The notes under the pieces are model-generated. The model had not been told where the DNA came from. It saw nothing but the letters and a program-made list of their open reading frames with translations, and did no database searches. From Chrysomallon squamiferum (taxonomy: Eukaryota; Animalia; Mollusca): 64,000 nt of DNA. Location of the stretch: NCBI GenBank assembly GCA_012295275.1, contig CM022677.1, positions 14,012,001 to 14,076,000 on the forward strand, written 5' to 3'. This document shows positions 54,892 through 64,000 of the stretch, piece by piece (position 1 is the stretch's first letter; every line of letters begins with the position of its first letter). The translations under genes and the position numbers were made by a program.

Positions 54892-56863
54892 TTACTTTTT
54901 ACACCATGTAAATATTTTTATTTCTCCCATGAACTCTCCCACGTACAATTTGTTGTCATCACAACAGACAGACCAAGGTCCGGACAGTCCATCCTGGTCA
55001 GTGAGGATGTCACGTGTAATGTTACCATCTCGTGACAACTGAACAACACAATTTCTATTTAAATCACAAACAAAAATATTTCCCTCCCTGTCACATGTAA
55101 CACCTGCAAGTCTCTCAGTTTGTCTGAATCACGTGACTTCCATTTGACGTCACCTGATGACGTCACACAAAATAAACTGTTTAGATTTTCTCTCTTTGAC
55201 ACAACAATCAGACATTGATCGTGAACTGTGAGTCTGCACGGACTGGGGATCAAATCTGTTGAGATAGAATTAATGAGCTGACCACTGTCTGTCAGTATGT
55301 CCAAGCACTGACTATTGTAACCAGTGACCGCGAGACGGTTGCCAGGTAACACAGCGATATACCGATACTTTTTATCAGTGTTAACTGTTTTTACCAGTTT
55401 GAAGTTTTTCAAATTTAAAAACAACATTTTACTTTCATCTGGCAGAGCAACAACAACAACAACATCACCCCGCTGATCACGTGATTCAGCAAGACCCCAT
55501 GGTTGAGATGAAGTTTTGTATCTTTTTATCAGTGATTTTCTTTCTAAACAAAAACATTTTACACATTCATTGAAAATATCACTAACAACAATTTTACTTT
55601 TGTCTGCACCTGACACCAGCAGGGAAACCAGACAAGGATTTAATTTATCTTTTTGTGTTTTTATGTTAATGGTGTCTGTGTGTTTGAGTGTGTCCGTTAG
55701 TCTGTCTATCTGTGTGTCTGTATGTTGTGTTTCCGTGTCAATTGTGTCTGTGTGTTTGAGTGTGTCTATCTGTGTGTCTGTTTGGATGTTTTTGGATATT
55801 TCTCCAATGTGGACTGACATTTCTGCCTTTTTGTCAGATTTTATCAGATTTATTTTAAACTTTGCTTTTTCTATTTGGGAACGAGATTTGGACAGAAACT
55901 CGGAAGTTGTGTTTTGAAGTTTGGTGAATTTTAAAATGTTAATTTTTATATCTGACTCTGATTTTCTTGTCAGCAAATCTTCCCCCAATTTTATCATTTT
56001 TTCGTTTTCCTCAATCAGATGTTTGTGTTCATTGAATAATTTGTCTATTTCTGAGTTTACAAAGTTCTGAGATTTTTCTATTTCTCTTATTAACCTGTCT
56101 TGTTCTTTGTGGACTGCGGCAGTAAAATCTGTGATTAGTGTGTTACCAATCCTTCTGACCTCTTCTGTGGTGTCCACGACGTTGATGTCGACGGCTTGGC
56201 GAAGTTGCTCAATCATATCATCCATCTCTGTCTGAAGAATTTCTTTAAAGGTTTTGAGACTTTCAGAAACAGAACTCAGAAGTGACATGTGATCTCCCTT
56301 TTGAGCTGAAGTAAGTAAATAAATAAATAAATAATCAATCAGTCAATTAATTAATTAACTAGAACTACTATTATTAATAAAGGTATGCCTACAATGTGAA
56401 GTTTTAGAATTTATTTGATCAACTACTTTAAAAATCTGAGTAGAAAAATGTCATAAATAAAGTTTCCTCTATTTCTTTAGGTTGTGATGGTTAATATCTT
56501 TAGTTAAACAATCACTAAATTTTTTCTTTTTTTAGTATTTTATTGTAACGAATCTAAACACAACACTGCTGACTCACAAAACTTTGACTGTAGCCGATCA
56601 TTAGCGGCGTTCTGTAGTGAATGGTTTATAGGGAATTGATCTGCCCATGTATTCACTGGTTTCGAGCTGTCTGGGATGTGGACATCCTGCCTGCAGAACG
56701 GGCAGGTGATTTTTATGTCGTTGTTGTTGTAATTATGACTTATATAGTCCTGCAGGCATTTGCTGCAGAACGAATGTCCACAGTTTAACATTCGCGGCTT
56801 CTTGAAAAGTTCCCTACAAATGCAGCACGAAAGATTTTCATCAGAGTTTGCAGCTGTTGCCAT
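54892..56863 (-). CDS. TRIM-like RING + coiled coil + NHL-like propeller, copy B; exons 56863-56578 and 56305-54892, with a 1-nt frameshift at ~55105 (recent lesion or consensus error)
   Basis: Same RING, splice sites and phase as copy A. As assembled the frame stops at 55059; the original frame resumes after the indel (GVTCDREGNIFVCDLNRNC...KIFTWCKK*) and is open to the homologous TAA at 54894-54892. Confidence 0.8.
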
Positions 56864-56993
56864 ATCTGTGAATAACAATAACAATAATATTAATAAATAA
56901 ATAAATAAATAAATAACAATAATAACAACAGCAACAACATAGAAGAATAAGAGAAGATAAAAAGGAAAATACAGAGAAAGAAAAATGTAACTA

Positions 56994-57076
<83 letters not shown>

Positions 57077-58003
57077 AAACAAGAGATAACAAGAATAGCA
57101 GTTCATTCGTTCAAAAGTTTATTTTATCAAAACCAAAACAAACAAAACTAAAATTTAATCTTGTGACAAAAAATAAAGTTTTCCGTTTAGAAAAAGGGAC
57201 AACAGATATACTGTAATAAATTAATAAATGAAAAAACATAAAATAAATAAATAAATAAATAAATTTAATTATGAAATGTCCATGAATGCTGCAAGGTAAT
57301 TTCACACACCATTTGTTCATTCATTTACCCAGCCCACACATTTTCATGATGAAACTCGAATGTGGACAATGAAAGAAACTTGACATTCACAGAAGTAATG
57401 TATTCAGTGTAATAACAACGAAAATTTTCATAGTAAACGAATGAATGACTGATTGTTACTGAACATTATTTTATTAACGTCGAACTCAACAAATGTTTAA
57501 TCTGCAGTTAAATGGCTTCATTCATTGATAAAGTAATCGAGAAAGATAAATGCGACAACACATCGCCAGACACTACTTTTCTCTGACCACTGAGCCACAC
57601 CCTCCACTCTAACACAAAACAATTTTGTACAGAAATTTTATTATGAAAATAACCTAGATTACTGTTTTATTTTATAATATCTTACACTAACGAAATAACA
57701 AGAACAACAACAACAAAAAAAAAATCATAAATAATGATAATAATAATAATAATAATAATAATAAATCTTCTTACCTTTGTCTTAAGAAATGAAAATGTTA
57801 ACACCTGCAAACAGTTCTCTTCTATTCGTCTGCAATGTCAGTTTGCTGGCGGAGAAGTTGGTTTTGACAGACGTCACTCGGTGAGTGGAATATACCAATT
57901 TCAATAAATGGGTGGACGCCTTGAAATTTTCTAGAACACTTTTGTTTCTTCTGAAAAAAAAAGTAATCGTGTTCGTTTTAAATGCTTTTCTTAAACTAAA
58001 CAT

Positions 58004-64000
<5,997 letters not shown>

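Overview
AT-rich, microsatellite-dense animal genomic DNA with spliceosomal introns. A lophotrochozoan, probably a mollusc, is my inference from the TRIM/NHL-type gene and the TTAGGG-type repeats. The window is dominated by a ~15.5-kb inverted duplication (arm A ~10690-26290, arm B ~41960-57420), with a 200-N scaffold gap almost exactly at its symmetry axis. Each arm carries (i) a two-coding-exon, B-box-less TRIM-like gene (RING, coiled coil, Thr/Asp/His repeat linker, NHL-like beta-propeller) and (ii) tail-to-tail with it, a partial MCC (colorectal mutant cancer protein) copy whose 5' exons are decayed but whose last five exons stay open to the C-terminal ETSL motif. The spacer holds an intronless prolyl 4-hydroxylase alpha pseudogene, an IRAG/LRMP (MRVI1-family) pseudogene and Tc1/mariner-type MITEs. 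The strongest signal is that the two TRIM-like propellers differ mostly by clustered amino-acid changes in inter-strand loops while neighbouring non-coding DNA is near-identical, as expected of a diversifying recognition receptor. All alignments and counts were done by eye and are approximate; protein family calls rest on recalled human sequences, not a database search.
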